Assembly (NCBI GenBank): GCA_028534125.1
Contig: CM052816.1
Location: forward strand, 76,944,001-77,008,000
DNA: 64,000 bases
Direction: 5' to 3'
DNA from: Lama glama
Lineage: Eukaryota
Shown here: positions 63,960-64,000 of the stretch, piece after piece
Layout of the letters: every line of letters begins with the position of its first letter
Numbering within the stretch: the stretch's first letter is position 1
Translations under genes and position numbers: made by a program
Notes under the pieces: model-generated
The model's input: the letters and a program-made list of their open reading frames with translations, nothing else
Databases searched by the model: none
What the model was told of the DNA's origin: nothing

Positions 63960-64000
63960 AGAAGACAGAGAAGCAAGATTTCTAGCCAGCAAAATGGGAA
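63960..64000 (+). CDS. RICTOR: RICTOR exon 10, truncated by window end (K-EDREARFLASKMG...)
   Basis: Acceptor cccctctccctctttcccctccaatag|; frame continues from exon 9. Confidence 0.95.

Larger units (their letters stand above)
3315..64000 (+). other. RICTOR: RICTOR gene, 5' part (coding exons 1-10; continues beyond window)
   Basis: Ten exons splice in frame to MAAIGRGRSLKNLRIRGRNDSGEENVPLDLTREPSDNLREILQNV...EDREARFLASKMG, the recognisable RICTOR N-terminus. Introns 3364-3532, 3581-34224, 34323-43792, 43858-44703, 44836-47890, 47955-52745, 52873-55853, 56024-60802, 60871-63959 are all GT..AG. Confidence 0.98.

Noticed and set aside
1..64000. A nested gene, processed pseudogene, NUMT or novel system within the introns
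   Set aside because: I saw no protein-like ORF besides the RICTOR exons and retroelement relics, no mitochondrial or rRNA-like sequence, and no mRNA-like insert with poly-A plus TSD. Short ncRNAs cannot be excluded without an Rfam/Infernal search.

Overview
This is mammalian genomic DNA, most likely a camelid, judging from three Vic-1-type tRNA-Ala-derived SINEs and cetartiodactyl-type L1 3' ends. It covers the promoter/CpG island and the first ten coding exons of RICTOR (mTORC2 scaffold) on the + strand. The ATG is at 3315. Exons 1-9 are complete and exon 10 is cut by the window end. All nine introns are GT-AG with consistent phase, and the exons join into 862 nt of open frame (residues 1-287). 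Intron 2 is about 30.6 kb. The rest is AT-rich intronic/upstream DNA filled with old interspersed repeats (L1, L2, CR1/L3, MIR, hAT and Tigger-type DNA transposons, MER21/MLT1 LTRs). Nearly all ORFs in the supplied track are spurious. I found no convincing novel biological system. The most notable observations are modest: an exact 22-bp direct repeat bracketing exon 3, dense G-runs behind a suboptimal exon 2 donor, paired NF-kB-like sites in the promoter, an ancient RT-motif remnant upstream, nested or TSD-less retroelement events, and small recent tandem duplications. Repeat family names come from recall of consensus sequences, not from a database search, and repeat boundaries are approximate.
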